DNA from: a virus
Reading direction: 5' to 3' (one strand)
IMG/VR virus record: IMGVR_UViG_3300045988_119030
Location: 85,411 to 149,410 of that record
Length of the DNA stretch: 64,000 nucleotides
Shown: piece by piece, positions 39,403-50,911 of the stretch
Layout: each line of letters opens with the position of its first letter
Position numbering within the stretch: position 1 is the stretch's first letter
The notes under the pieces: model-generated
What the model was told of the DNA's origin: nothing
What the model saw: the letters and a program-made list of their open reading frames with translations, nothing else
Databases searched by the model: none
Made by a program: the position numbers and the translations under genes

Positions 39403-39460
39403 AAAATTTTTAAAAGTAGTTTATTGAAGAAATTGTTGAAATATTTTTATAATTGATTTT

Positions 39461-39904
39461 CTATGGTCTTTTGGACCAATTATCCGCAATTATCAAATCT
39501 TGTGTTTTATCATCATATCCAATTATTGTAATTGTATGATTAGAATATTTTTCACATTTCCAGAAAGATAAAATAACAGGTTTATTCATATCAATTAAAT
39601 TTTTAATTGTAGTAAAATTATATCCGAATTCTTTTAAATAATTTGAATGAGTTTGACATTTTTGTTTAAAAAAATATTCTAAAGATTTATTAAAAATATT
39701 TTTAATAAGTAGAGGATTGGTTCCTCGTTTATCATTATAACAATATTTTTTTCCAATAGATTCAACTATATTATAGATTTCTTTAATAGAAGGATTTCTG
39801 AAACGAGTATAACAAATAGATGTTATACTCGTTAAAGAACAATTACGTTTATCACCAAAATCTTCTTGATCTAAAAAGAAAAAAATTTTAATGCGATGTT
39901 CCAT
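39461..39904 (-). CDS. hypothetical protein, possible papain-like peptidase fold
   Basis: Cys...His (NHTITIIGYDD) order; weak. Confidence 0.25.
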   Translation of the reverse strand: MEHRIKIFFFLDQEDFGDKRNCSLTSITSICYTRFRNPSIKEIYNIVESIGKKYCYNDKRGTNPLLIKNIFNKSLEYFFKQKCQTHSNYLKEFGYNFTTIKNLIDMNKPVILSFWKCEKYSNHTITIIGYDDKTQDLIIADNWSKRP

Positions 39905-40096
39905 AAATTACTCGCTCCAACAAACAGGCATCGTAACCCAAGTGGAACCATTATAATATTTCAATCCAGAATTTGATGTAGTATCTATCCAAAGAAGTCT
40001 AGTGTCAGAAGGTGCTGTTGTTCCTATAGAGAAGACTTTTGTTAATGCCTTGTCTAGATTCTCCTGCACTTTATCTAGCCCAATATCTGATTTAAT

Positions 40097-40567
40097 CTAC
40101 TCTGTTGTTCTACTATAAATCCATCCATCGTTAATTACGGCTATTTTAGAAGGGGTTGAACTTAAAGCTGTATTTGCGGTTGTCTTTAACCATGTACCAG
40201 TAACATAACCGTTGGTATCTAATGAAGCTGAGCCGACTTTTAAATTTCCAGTCATAGTACCACCAGTGAGAGGTAAATATTTTCCACTTACAACATCATC
40301 ATTTAAATCACTAATTTTTGTAGGAATAGTTGGTTTATCTTTCAAATCATTATAATTACCTGTTTTAGCTATGATGGCTAAAGCATCATTATCATTAATA
40401 AAATCTAAATCATTAACTTTAGTTGTTCCATCACCAATTTTTATTTTATTTAAATCATCATAAACGATAATTTCACCTTTTAAGGGAATAAAATTAGTCG
40501 CTTTTGCCCAATTTGCTGAACTATCATGCTTTTGGACTATGCGACCTTGATATGTTTTATTAGCCAT
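40097..40567 (-). CDS. tail fiber protein with conserved N-terminal domain (paralog 1); ends at TAG and the frame continues
   Basis: N-terminus MANKTYQGRIVQKHDSSANWAKA...LKGEIIVYDD...IKIGDG shared with 40926, 44963 and 46580-47842 genes; terminal codon is TAG at 40096-40098. Confidence 0.5.
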   Translation of the reverse strand: MANKTYQGRIVQKHDSSANWAKATNFIPLKGEIIVYDDLNKIKIGDGTTKVNDLDFINDNDALAIIAKTGNYNDLKDKPTIPTKISDLNDDVVSGKYLPLTGGTMTGNLKVGSASLDTNGYVTGTWLKTTANTALSSTPSKIAVINDGWIYSRTTE

Positions 40568-40686
40568 ATTATTTTCCTTTCTTTAGAAATTTTTATTGTT
40601 TAAGTTATAGCAAATTATTCAATTTTACATGCCTAAGAGAATTATTTATTTTATAGTAATATTTTTATTAGTTATCTCCTTTCTTT

Positions 40687-40741
40687 GAAGAAATAAAAAA
40701 ATGGTGTTACCTCTTTTGTATAATTAGAAGTAACACCATTT
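40687..40741 (-). terminator. intrinsic terminator
   Basis: 12-bp hairpin AAAUGGUGUUAC.../...GUAACACCAUUU + U-tract. Confidence 0.5.
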
Positions 40742-40885
40742 AAAAAAATAGTTTTCTCAATAATCATTTCCAAAAGAGCAAAACCAAGAATATATATTTG
40801 TAAATTTTAAGCTATCAATTTCAAACTTAAATTTTCTATCTACATTATATATTAATTTTTTGGAAATGTTAATATATTGAATTCG

Positions 40886-40923
40886 ACCAAAAAGAAAAAA
40901 GGCTCTCAATTAAGAGAGCCTTT
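40886..40923 (-). terminator. intrinsic terminator after tail fiber paralog 2
   Basis: hairpin AAGGCUCUC.../...GAGAGCCUU + U6CU5. Confidence 0.6.
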
Positions 40924-40925
40924 AA

Positions 40926-42269
40926 TTAAATATTTACTGTAGAAGAACCGCAATCAAAGACAACATAATTAGCACTAGTATTAGTACTAATTTCATTTAA
41001 AGTTGGCATCTTATGAATATGGTCTTCACGAGCATATTTAGCAGAAGTACCAACTGTGGCAGTTCCAAGATTTTTAGGAGCAGCAGTTCCAGCACTAGGA
41101 AGAGTTTGCTGATTTGGCATTATAATAGTTAATATTTGTTCAGTTAAACCAGTAGTATGACCATATTCATCAACCACAACTTTTGGAACTTTAATAGAAC
41201 CAGAAGCACCATAACCAGAAACACTTACATCTGCAGTTGGGCCCTTAGTTGCACCACCTGCCGGACCTTTTTTAGCGTGCTTAGCATCAAAAGTAACGCC
41301 ATTGGAACCAGAAGTACCAGTTAAAACTACTACATCATCATCAGTAGCAGTAGCAGTAATAGTCTTTAAAGCGTAAGAGGTATCATCACCAAGTTTTTCC
41401 CACTTAGTGCCGTCCCATACAAATTCTAAATGGTTATAAAGAACTACGTCACCTTTTTGAGCATTAGCAAAAGTATAACCAGTGATTTTTGGATCAACTT
41501 TAGAATCTTCGGTAACAGCAACAGTAGCAGCACCAATAAAATGCATTGCAGAACTAAGACCAAGGTCTCCTGCGGTAATATTAAAGGTTTTCGCAGAAGA
41601 ACCATCAAATGTAGCTTTAGTAGTACCACCAACCTGAAGAGTTAAAGCATTAGCTACTTTGCCAGCGCTTGTAGCATTAGTTGCATTATCGGCATGAGTG
41701 GCATTAGCAACTTTACCAGCAGTAATTGTGATTGTTTTTCCAGTTGAATCAGGAGTAATAGTAATTCCATCACCAGCAACTAACTTTACAGCATCATTTG
41801 TTCCAAAGGAAGTAGATCCAACAGTAATAGTTTGGTTATTGTTATTATCTGGAATAGTAATAGTAGATACTGAAACCCAATTTTCACTATTCTTTTCTTT
41901 ACTTTGTAAAGTAAATTTATGTTTATCAGTACCATCTTGAACCAATTTATAAGTGGTATTAGTATCTACAGTCATAGTGGGAGTATTTTTAATCTCACTA
42001 TAATCATAAGATGGTTTTGTGGCAGTTTTAGCCCAATCATAAACGTCCGCGGCAAGACCGGAACCCCAAGGTAATTTTCCCCAAGTCGTTGTACCATCGC
42101 CGACCTTAAATAGGACGGTAGGGGCAGTTGTAGTAGTTCCAGAAGTCACAGAAGGCACATAACAAAGACCAACTTCACCAGCTAATAAAACTTTTGCTTC
42201 ATTAGTAGTCCAATTGGCCAGCGTGTCATACTTTAATTTAATACGAGTATTAAATGTTGTATTAGCCAT
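40926..42269 (-). CDS. tail fiber protein (paralog 2)
   Basis: same N-terminal domain (TRIKLKYDTLANW...FKVGDGTTTW); Thr/Gly/Ser-rich beta-type repeats. Confidence 0.55.
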   Translation of the reverse strand: MANTTFNTRIKLKYDTLANWTTNEAKVLLAGEVGLCYVPSVTSGTTTTAPTVLFKVGDGTTTWGKLPWGSGLAADVYDWAKTATKPSYDYSEIKNTPTMTVDTNTTYKLVQDGTDKHKFTLQSKEKNSENWVSVSTITIPDNNNNQTITVGSTSFGTNDAVKLVAGDGITITPDSTGKTITITAGKVANATHADNATNATSAGKVANALTLQVGGTTKATFDGSSAKTFNITAGDLGLSSAMHFIGAATVAVTEDSKVDPKITGYTFANAQKGDVVLYNHLEFVWDGTKWEKLGDDTSYALKTITATATDDDVVVLTGTSGSNGVTFDAKHAKKGPAGGATKGPTADVSVSGYGASGSIKVPKVVVDEYGHTTGLTEQILTIIMPNQQTLPSAGTAAPKNLGTATVGTSAKYAREDHIHKMPTLNEISTNTSANYVVFDCGSSTVNI

Positions 42270-42299
42270 TTTTAAGAACCTCCATATTTAAAAATATCT

Positions 42300-42337
42300 A
42301 TATACGAAATAAAGAGGGGATTTATCTCCCCTCTTTA
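42300..42337 (-). terminator. intrinsic terminator after the long fibrous tail gene
   Basis: hairpin AAAGAGGGGA.../...UCCCCUCUUU + AU-rich tail. Confidence 0.5.
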
Positions 42338-42353
42338 TTTATTATTTATTTAA

Positions 42354-44939
42354 TCAAGCGTTTCCACCGTCAAGGATAAGTTCATCACCTGCGGTTTGAA
42401 CTAATTTATTAACATTTATATTATTAACAGTAGCTATACCAGTATTAGAAACGCTAATAGCATTTTCAGCATCAGAGCTAATAATTAAACCAGCGCGAGC
42501 TGCGGTAGCAAGAGGAATATTAACAGTCTTTTCACTAACTGCAATTTCAGTGCCATTAACTTGAATCTTTTCAATTACATTAGGTTGTGCAGCATCCCAC
42601 TTAGCAATTTTTTCAGAAGTAATACTAGCATAATCAGCTTTCTTTAATTCAGCAATTGCATCAGCATTAGCTTTTTCAGCAGTTTCAGCGCGAGTGGTCT
42701 CAGCAGCGATCGCATCAGCATTAGCTTTTTCAGCAGCTTTAGCACGAGTAGCTTCATTACTAATAGCTGTTGCATTAGTACCTTCAGCAGTTTTAGCACG
42801 AGTAGCTTCATCTTCGACTGCTTTCTTATTAGCCGCGATATCTTTAACCATTTGGTCTGCAGCAGAACCATGTGTGGTGATATAAGTTTGAATTTCCTTT
42901 AAAGTATCAACTGCGGCGTCGCCGACTTCTGCGGCTGCAAGGAAGGCATCAACACGAGATTTAACACCAGCAATAGCAGTAGCATTTGCTTGTTCTTTAC
43001 CCTCTGCACGTGTTTGTTCAGCAGTGACAGCATCTTTAACAGTCTTAGCTACAGAGCCTTCAACAGTATCAGCACCATTTAATTTAGCAATAGCATCTGC
43101 ATTGGTCTTAATACTTGTTTTAACAGCACTATCATTATAAGTAGCAGCATTTTGAGCATCAGCAATCATCTGAATAATTGTCTTATCTGCTGGAATGGTG
43201 CCAACCTTATCACTTAATGTATTAACAGCAGTCTGAGCATCAGTGCCAGCTTTCTTTGCGTCAGCAACAGCAGTGTCGACTTCAGTTTTAACAGCATAGC
43301 CCTTAGCTTCGACTTGAGCCATAGTAGCCTTGGAAGCAGCAAGCTCATAAGCTTCTTTTACAGTACCAGTATGTCCTTCGCCAAGGATAGCGGTCTTAGC
43401 AGTAGCAACTTTAGTATCAGCATTGGTGCCAGCGGTTGTAATAGCTTCAGACTTAGCTGTAGCAATTGCACCACTTACACTATTAACATCAACTTTACCT
43501 TCAAGAGCAGCGACTTTCTTACCAATAGCAGAAGTATCACCAACTAAACCATCAGCATAAGCCTTAGCTTTCTTACCAACTTCATCCGCATAAAGCTTAG
43601 CGCCGTGAATAGTTTCACTATCTTTAGTGTCAACATCAGTTTGGCCATCTTCGCCGCCAAGAGTATGACGTAAATTATCAACTGCGGTATTAACTGTGCT
43701 TACTGTAGCAGCTTTATTAGTACCAGCATTATATTCGCCATCAAAAGTTAAATTATTTTGTTTGCTATCAAGAGCATCCTGAAGACCATCAATTTTGGAA
43801 ATACCAAGAGTAGGAATATCAGAAGCCGCGAGATTTTCACCTTTAGTTACAAGACCTTTGGCGTCATAAGTAATCTTTGTAGCTGTTCCGGCAGTAATAT
43901 CTTTGTTAGCAACAACAGCAGCATCAGCCGTCTGTTTTACACCCGCAATAGCAGTCGTATTATCACTATCAGCTTTGTCAAGAGCTGTCATCTTAGCACT
44001 ATAAGTAGATTTATCAACAAAATTACCAGCATCTTGCTTTGCATTCCATTTAGCAATGTCTTCGGCAGTAATGTTAACAGCAGGAAGCTTCTCAAGAGTT
44101 TCAACACGTCCGGCAAGAGCAGTTAAATCCGCAGCCTTAGCATAGTCGCCAATCTTGAGAGCTTTAATAGCGCTATCAATATAAGCTTTTACTTCAGGAG
44201 ATTGACCTTCAGCAGTACCAAATCCTTTAAGAATAGCTTTTAATTTATTAATATCGCCAGTTAAACCATTAACAATATCGGGATGGCCCGCGACCCAATC
44301 AACTAATTCTTTAAAGGTGTCAATAGTACCATTTTCAGTAGCTTTGGTAGCAAAATCGTTAATAGCATCATTAACAGCTTTAGTAACTGAACCTTCACCA
44401 GTGCCATTCAAAACACCAATAGCATCTTCATTAGTCTTAATACGTTTACGAAGACCAGCAGTATCATTAGTACCAACAACAGCTTCAAGGGCATCTACAT
44501 CAGTCTATGCCGCAACAGCTTTATCATTGGCAGTCTTAGCATCGGCGACACCTTTATCTGCTTGCTTCTGGGCAGCTTCAATTAGAGCATATAAACCAGT
44601 AGCAGCAGTTTCACCCTGAGTAGCAGAGCCAACTTTTTCAATAAGAGAAGCAACTTGGCCCTGGAGAGTAGAAACATCAGAAGCAAGATCGCCAGAAGCA
44701 GTGGTAGAAGCAAGTTTAACAAGAGTACCAGCCGCATTGCTAATCATATAAGCTTCGCATTTATTATCAGCAACTAAAGTTAAAATCTGACCAATATAAG
44801 CGGTAGCGCCAGATTTTGCATAAGTTTCGAGTTCTGCTTTATTATACCATACCGCAGTGGTATCAACAGGAGCAGGATTACCACGTTTAATAGAAAGTGG
44901 AAAACCCATATAAGCAGCATCATTCATAATAACAGCCAT
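42354..44939 (-). CDS. long Ala/Thr-rich fibrous tail protein, single frame through TAG at 44505-44507
   Basis: listed ORFs 44505..44939 and 42354..44411 are in the same frame, separated only by one TAG; repetitive AKxA/TAxx fibrous sequence. Confidence 0.55.
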
Positions 44940-44962
44940 ATTATATATTTACCTCCTTCAAA

Positions 44963-46210
44963 TTAGCCGATGGTGACAGCATAAGTCTCGCCAGCATCAA
45001 TAGAAGCAGGCTGATAAACATATACATCATATTTAGCCGCAGTATAACCATTAGCACCTTCAACATCAACTTGAGTACCTTGTTTTACGAATAGAGCAGT
45101 AACATCAGCATTGAGCGCGCTAGGCATGAGAACCTTAGTAATCTTGCGACCAGCAGGAACGGCAACAACAACTTTCTTCGCACCGGCACCAGCCTCGAAT
45201 GTACCAAGAGTACCAGTACCACTAGCCTGTTTATGCGCAAGCGCACGGATATTAACAGAGTTCAGAGCCATATCAGCACTAGACATAGGACCCCAGAACA
45301 TATAACGAACACCAGTTAGAGTTTTGGAATTTGCAGTAGCGCTACCAGCCTCAATCTTACCTTTAGGATAAGGATTACCAAGATTAGTCTTAGGAACCGC
45401 TCCCTCATTATAGGTGGCCTTGGCAGTAATCTTCTTGGAAGTGGCCTCAGCAACAACATTCTCAAAAGAACCAGTTGCAGTGGACTTGCTATCAGCAACA
45501 CCAGTACAATTAACTTCCCAAGTCTGAGCAGTGATACCAGTAGCAGGACCATAAGTATAACTACCAGTAGAGAGAACCGCAGTATAAGTTAGATTTTTCT
45601 TTGTACCAATCTCAAAAGTGCCAAAACCATTTTCTGCGCTAAAGGAGACAGCGGGTTCAGTCTTAAATGGTTTTTGCTCAGTGGCCATCAGAGTTTTAAA
45701 AACTTCAGTTACATTTTTACCAGTCGCGGCAAATTTTGCGCTAGAAGCAGGTTTGGCAAGTGTACCAAAACCAACTGTGTAAGTAATGTCTTCATTAAAA
45801 TATACATTGTCAGTGCTATAATTGCCATCAAAAGCAGCCCAATTAGCACCATCATAGAAATACGCAGTACGAGAAGTTTTACCCTCAACAAATGCATTCT
45901 CGACAACAGCCATATCTCCCTGAACAGGAGCGGCAATTGTTGTCAGCATATCGGCATCAGTCTTACCTTCAGTTAGAGTTAAGACAGAAACTTTATCACG
46001 ACTGCTATTAATAATAGATTTAATAGCATTCTCATCGACACCGGAGTAACTAAGTTCATTCCAAGCTTTAGTACCATCACCAATCTTAATTTTACCAGTG
46101 TCAACTTCAATACCCATTTCACCTTTTAACAGCACAGGATTTTTTTCAACCCAAGTGGCTGCTTCATCATTGCGGAGTTGAATACGGGTTTTTAAAGTAT
46201 TTCCAGCCAT
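44963..46210 (-). CDS. tail fiber protein (paralog 3)
   Basis: N-terminus TRIQLRNDEAATWVEKNPVLLKGEMGIEVDTGKIKIGDGTKAWNEL. Confidence 0.55.
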   Translation of the reverse strand: MAGNTLKTRIQLRNDEAATWVEKNPVLLKGEMGIEVDTGKIKIGDGTKAWNELSYSGVDENAIKSIINSSRDKVSVLTLTEGKTDADMLTTIAAPVQGDMAVVENAFVEGKTSRTAYFYDGANWAAFDGNYSTDNVYFNEDITYTVGFGTLAKPASSAKFAATGKNVTEVFKTLMATEQKPFKTEPAVSFSAENGFGTFEIGTKKNLTYTAVLSTGSYTYGPATGITAQTWEVNCTGVADSKSTATGSFENVVAEATSKKITAKATYNEGAVPKTNLGNPYPKGKIEAGSATANSKTLTGVRYMFWGPMSSADMALNSVNIRALAHKQASGTGTLGTFEAGAGAKKVVVAVPAGRKITKVLMPSALNADVTALFVKQGTQVDVEGANGYTAAKYDVYVYQPASIDAGETYAVTIG

Positions 46211-46579
46211 ATTAAAATTTCCTCCTTAATAAAAAAAAATTAAGCATTTCCGCCATCTATTAATGAATACTAAGAAGTTTTACCAATTTCAGTAATACTA
46301 TTATCTTCATTAACCAAATAGGGAGTCCATTGTTTATTCTAAAAAATTGAAATTACTTCACCCTTATAATCATATTTTGCGATCCAAGTGCGAGCTTCAA
46401 TTATAGAATCAAAAGAAGTCTTTTTGGTAATATATTTTAAATTACCTTCATCATCATAATAATAAGCCTCTGACTAATTTTCATCAGTTGTTAAAATTAG
46501 ACTTTCTTTTGGAATAATACCTTGTTTGATACTGGATTTAATTTTATTTTTATCTGCATAGACAACATTAAACGCCATA

Positions 46580-47842
46580 TTATCCCTCCTTTATTATATT
46601 ATAATAATTATTTACTAATTTTTGTTTATATCCAGAAGCAATAAATTCTTCGGGAAGAGGTTTATTAAATTTTCCACCTTTAATAATAATTTCGGCATTA
46701 TTTATACTAGAAAGGATTTTATCACAAGTAGTTTCAAAAATTCCTCCATTAATAATTAAAATACCAGCATTAATATCATCATTATTCTTTTTACATTGGA
46801 TAACTTCATAACCATCATCAGTATAGAAATAACCATCATTTATAGTTAAACTTTTACCAACGTTATAAAGCATACCATAAAAATTACCACCATTAATTTC
46901 ACAAATACCAGCATCATCATTTTTAATAGTAGTATAAGCATTAATAAAAGTACCACCATTAATAATTAATTTAGGATATTCCGCGGACTCGCCTAAATGG
47001 TATTGAGAAAGATAATCGTAATATCCATTCTCAATCATACTAGATAACCCGCCCGGAGAGGAGAATATTCCATCATAGATAGACATTTCACCATGATTTA
47101 CTATTACATAATATCCATTACCTTTTTCATCAATAGAACGTTTATACTCACCATTTATAATAGTTGTATTTCCATTATTTTCAATAGATGCTTTACCATG
47201 TTTATTACATTCAACGCATCCTTCTCCCGAAATAATTAAAGAAGCGTTATTATTAATTTTAACTGGATTGTCTTCATTATTTAAGATACTAATATTATTT
47301 AAATCAATATTAATATTTTTTCCTTTTGGAATATCAATATTTTTAACTGTTTTCTACAAAATTATAGTATCATTATTAGAAGCATTTTGAATTGCTTCTT
47401 CAATAGTAGAATATTTCGTTCCATTAATTTCTACTTCATCAGCAGGTAGTCCTTGGTCTTCACCTTTAATTTTTATAACTTCAACAGTTCCTTGAGAAGA
47501 TTTACCTTGTAATAATCTCCATTTTTCACCATCATAAATATAAAAATCTTCACCAACTAAGCACATTGTACCTTCTTTAGTATTTGGATCTTCAGGTAAA
47601 GATTCTTTCTATCCAATAAAATAAGCGACATCACTAAAATATTTATTTATTTCATTCTTTATCTCATTTTCTGCAAGATAAGGAAGATTATTCCACTAAT
47701 GAATACCATCGCCAACCTTTAATCGACCAGTATCTATTTCAAAACCAGGCTCGCCAGGTCCTAAGAGAATATTTTTCTCAATCCAAGAAGCTGCCTTTCC
47801 GCGTTTAAAATAGAACTTTGATTTCATATAAACATCAGCCAA
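46580..47842 (-). CDS. beta-helix tailspike/depolymerase-like protein (paralog 4 N-domain), at least 3 in-frame TAGs
   Basis: probable TTG start 7 nt after SD AAGGAGGTG (first in-frame ATG is MKSK at 47827, so the start is uncertain); N-domain RLKVGDGIH*WNNL; repeated INGG(T/N/I)F beta-helix rungs; frame continuous through listed ORFs 47354..47566 and 46580..47086. Confidence 0.5.
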
Positions 47843-47856
47843 TTAAACGCACCTCC

Positions 47857-48129
47857 TTAATCAATACTACCGCCATCCCAAATGTATGTATTATCAGGAT
47901 TAGAAGGTTCGGTACTTCCACCGCCACTGCTATTATTACTATTGGATTTCTATTCAACCCAAGTATTATTATCTTGATAAATATATAATTTTGATGATTT
48001 AGGAATAAAAGCAGTACTGCCAGGGAGCAACGAAATTGTTGGAATTTTTTCAATATCTTCAACAGAATCAACTATGAATTTTTTTAATCCATAATTAACT
48101 TTACCATTTTGATGTGTTAAAGTATACAT
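47857..48129 (-). CDS. small protein with one in-frame TAG
   Basis: ATG 48129 after SD AGAGGAGG; ...NNTWVE*KSNSNN...; TAA at 47857. Confidence 0.3.
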
Positions 48130-48189
48130 CTTATTGCCTCCTCTTTTATTACATCATTCTAAATAATATAAAAAAATATTCTTTATGAA

Positions 48190-48229
48190 TATAAAAAATT
48201 GGCCTACTGAAAATCTCAGTAGGCCAATT
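48190..48229 (-). terminator. intrinsic terminator after the List-Bact repeat gene
   Basis: hairpin UUGGCCUACUGA.../...UCAGUAGGCCAA + U6. Confidence 0.55.
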
Positions 48230-48233
48230 AATT

Positions 48234-49727
48234 TTAATAATTGTTGTATGCGGTTAATAAAGTATCTAACTATGTTTTAAAACTAGCATCACCTGATGCT
48301 ACTTTAATATTATTTCCTAAAGCAGTTGTTATAGCGTTAAACCAAACTACTAAACGTAGGGGATTAGTATCATTTATAGTAGTAATTGAATTGTTTAAAT
48401 AAGTATTTATATATCCTGCGAAAGTATTTGCTTCACTTCTGGAATAATCTTTCCAAGTAAACGCGGGCCACCAAACCGCGTAGTAAGTTATATTAGATGT
48501 ACCAGTAGAAATTGAAGGTGTTGCTCCTTTTTTATAAGTTGCAGTTTTTGCCGAAGACGATGTAGACCATCCTTTAAAAATATAATTATTGCGAGTGGGA
48601 TAATTAGATCCATTTATATTGAAAGAAGAATTGGTGTTAACCGTCTATGATCCTGGACCGCCAGAACCGCCATTTGCATTATAAGTTACAGTAATTGTAT
48701 TTCTACGCCAAATGGCATAAAGAGTTTTATACACAGGACTTGTTGATGATACCTATAATTGCGTGCCAATATCAGCTGAAGAAGAACTAGTTCCCCAACC
48801 TAAGAAAGTATAATTTGCTTTTGTTGGAGTGTCTAAAGTAATAGTTCGACTAGAATTAACACTTGAATAGCTTATTTGCTATCCTTCACTATAACTACCA
48901 GATCCTCCGTTATAATGATAGGTTATATAAGTATAGTAATAAATACGCTACCACATAGCATATAATGTATAAGTTGAACCATTATATGCTTGCACAGGAC
49001 TACTTACATAAGCTGATGAATTATCTGTTGTCCATCCTAAAAAATTATACCCAGAGAGTGAAGGTGTATCTAAATATATGTCCCAAGGCTGAGTTGGGCT
49101 TGAAAAAGTATATTGCTATCCATTATTATAACTACCAGATCCTCCATTATAATAATATGTTATATAAGCATAGGATAAATTTTGTCTATAAAAGAATATA
49201 ACATAACTATAATCTCTTACTATATAAGTGGAATCTTGACTCCATGTAGTACCATTACTAATATAATAATTTAAACATTCCTATTCTGAATTACCAGGAC
49301 AATATCCTAAATAAGTATAACTACTACCATAAGAAGGAGCAGTCATACCAAAGCTACCTTGCATCCAACCATTTATATAATTTCCAGTTGTGACATCATA
49401 GCAAGCATACAATGGATCGATGGAGCCTGATCCCCCACCTCCTTCACCACCGCCACTTGATCCTGGGGTAGTAAGAGTGCCATCCCAAATTCCTCCTGTA
49501 TTCCATTGGCCTCCAGTATAATACTATAACCAAACAGTATAATCATAAGTAGTTCCCGGGCTCAGCCCAAGGACATGCACCCAAGGTGTACCAGTAGTTG
49601 CATCACCCCATACAGTATTTCCATTTATAGTTACTGCCATTTGTCTTTGAACATTATCAGAACTAAGATCCGTTGCTTCAAAAATAGCCCCAGTTTCACT
49701 AAGACTGGATATGGTATAGCTAGCCAT
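48234..49727 (-). CDS. Listeria-Bacteroides-repeat tail/surface-binding protein with many in-frame TAGs
   Basis: starts MASYTISS at 49727 (RBS AAAGGGGGA); at least 5 repeats of ITY.YNGGSGSY...TLDTP...GY.FLGWTT typical of List-Bact repeats; frame continuous to TAA at 48234 through at least 8 TAGs. Confidence 0.5.
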
Positions 49728-50245
49728 TTAATTTCCCCCTTTTTTTATCTTAAAAATTTCTAAAAGCATTTTTAAATTGCGGTTTCGATCTTTACGCTTG
49801 ATGCCGGTCGGACCACATTAACCGCTCTTATTTAAGCAAACAAAAATGCTCTTAAATTTTGTCATCATGTTCTTTTACTCCGCAAGCGCTAACCCGTAGG
49901 TTGCCTTACGCTTCCTTCCACCATCAAAGAACAATCAAACTCCATTTAAGAGCATTTCCTCGGTTTGTTTTCAGTATTCAATTTGGTTAGATTTAAATAG
50001 GAAATCTTACTTATTCCGCACCGATTAGAATTAAAATTAATAGTAGTGCCAAATCACCTTTAATATCAATTCCTTACCTATTCTTAATCACTCTTTCGTT
50101 GTGGTTAACGTCTTTTCTTCAGCCTGTTAGGAAAAGAAACCTATCGTTTTAAATAAACAACGCCGTCGCCATCTACGACCTTGCTACTTACTCAGGTACG
50201 ATAAGCAGTTTTTGCGATTACTATAAAGTATACTGCCAAATACTT

Positions 50246-50335
50246 TGGTCGGAGATGAGGGAATCGAACCCACTCGAGCGACTGAGCGCACCGGTTTTAC
50301 AGACCGGGGTGTCTACCTTATCACGTTAATCTCCG
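50246..50335 (-). tRNA. tRNA-Tyr(GUA), type II
   Basis: C1-G72 acceptor, loop CUGUAAA, long variable arm; T stem has one U-U mismatch. Confidence 0.7.
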
Positions 50336-50711
50336 AAATATATTTCTTATAATCTTTAATAAAACGCCAATAATCTTCTCGATTATAAGGAATGTTATTA
50401 TATTTATTAAAATCATGTGCAAAAGCACAATAAATTAGAAAATCTAAATGTTTAGATTTTAATTGAACATGCCATTCATAAGAACCATCAAGTCTAGCTC
50501 CATAAGCACGATGAAATAAAGTATATTCTCCAAACCACGCTTTATCCGCAAGTACAATTTTAAAATCATCTCGATTATTATGAATATTTAAAACATCATA
50601 ACCAAGACCATTTTTGGTAAACTTATGAGAACCACCAAAAGTTTCTTCACAATAATTTAAATAAATATCAAACATTCTTATTTTGAGGGTTTTAATTAGG
50701 TTAACCCACAA
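50313..50711 (-). CDS. hypothetical protein; 3' end overlaps the tRNA-Tyr 5' end
   Basis: 132-aa ORF. Confidence 0.3.
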   Translation of the reverse strand: MWVNLIKTLKIRMFDIYLNYCEETFGGSHKFTKNGLGYDVLNIHNNRDDFKIVLADKAWFGEYTLFHRAYGARLDGSYEWHVQLKSKHLDFLIYCAFAHDFNKYNNIPYNREDYWRFIKDYKKYISEINVIR

Positions 50712-50911
50712 CCTCCGATAGTGTGTCTACTGGACCAAGGAAATACCCGATCGCCGCATTTCGCTCTTTAAAAGATGGACACTTCTAATCCTACTTCCTA
50801 TCGTATAAAAGGACTTATCAATGACTTTTATACATATTGCCTTTATTACCTTTATAAACAAATTAGCATTACCCAGTGCTACCGCGAGGAGGTTTTGTTT
50901 TTAGCACCGCA

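Noticed and set aside
39905-40096. Fusion of 40097..40567 and 39461..39904 into one gene by TAG read-through
   Set aside because: After the TAG at 40096-40098 the frame continues ~64 codons but ends at a TAA (39908-39910) that is out of frame with the downstream ATG at 39904; treated as two genes unless a frameshift is demonstrated
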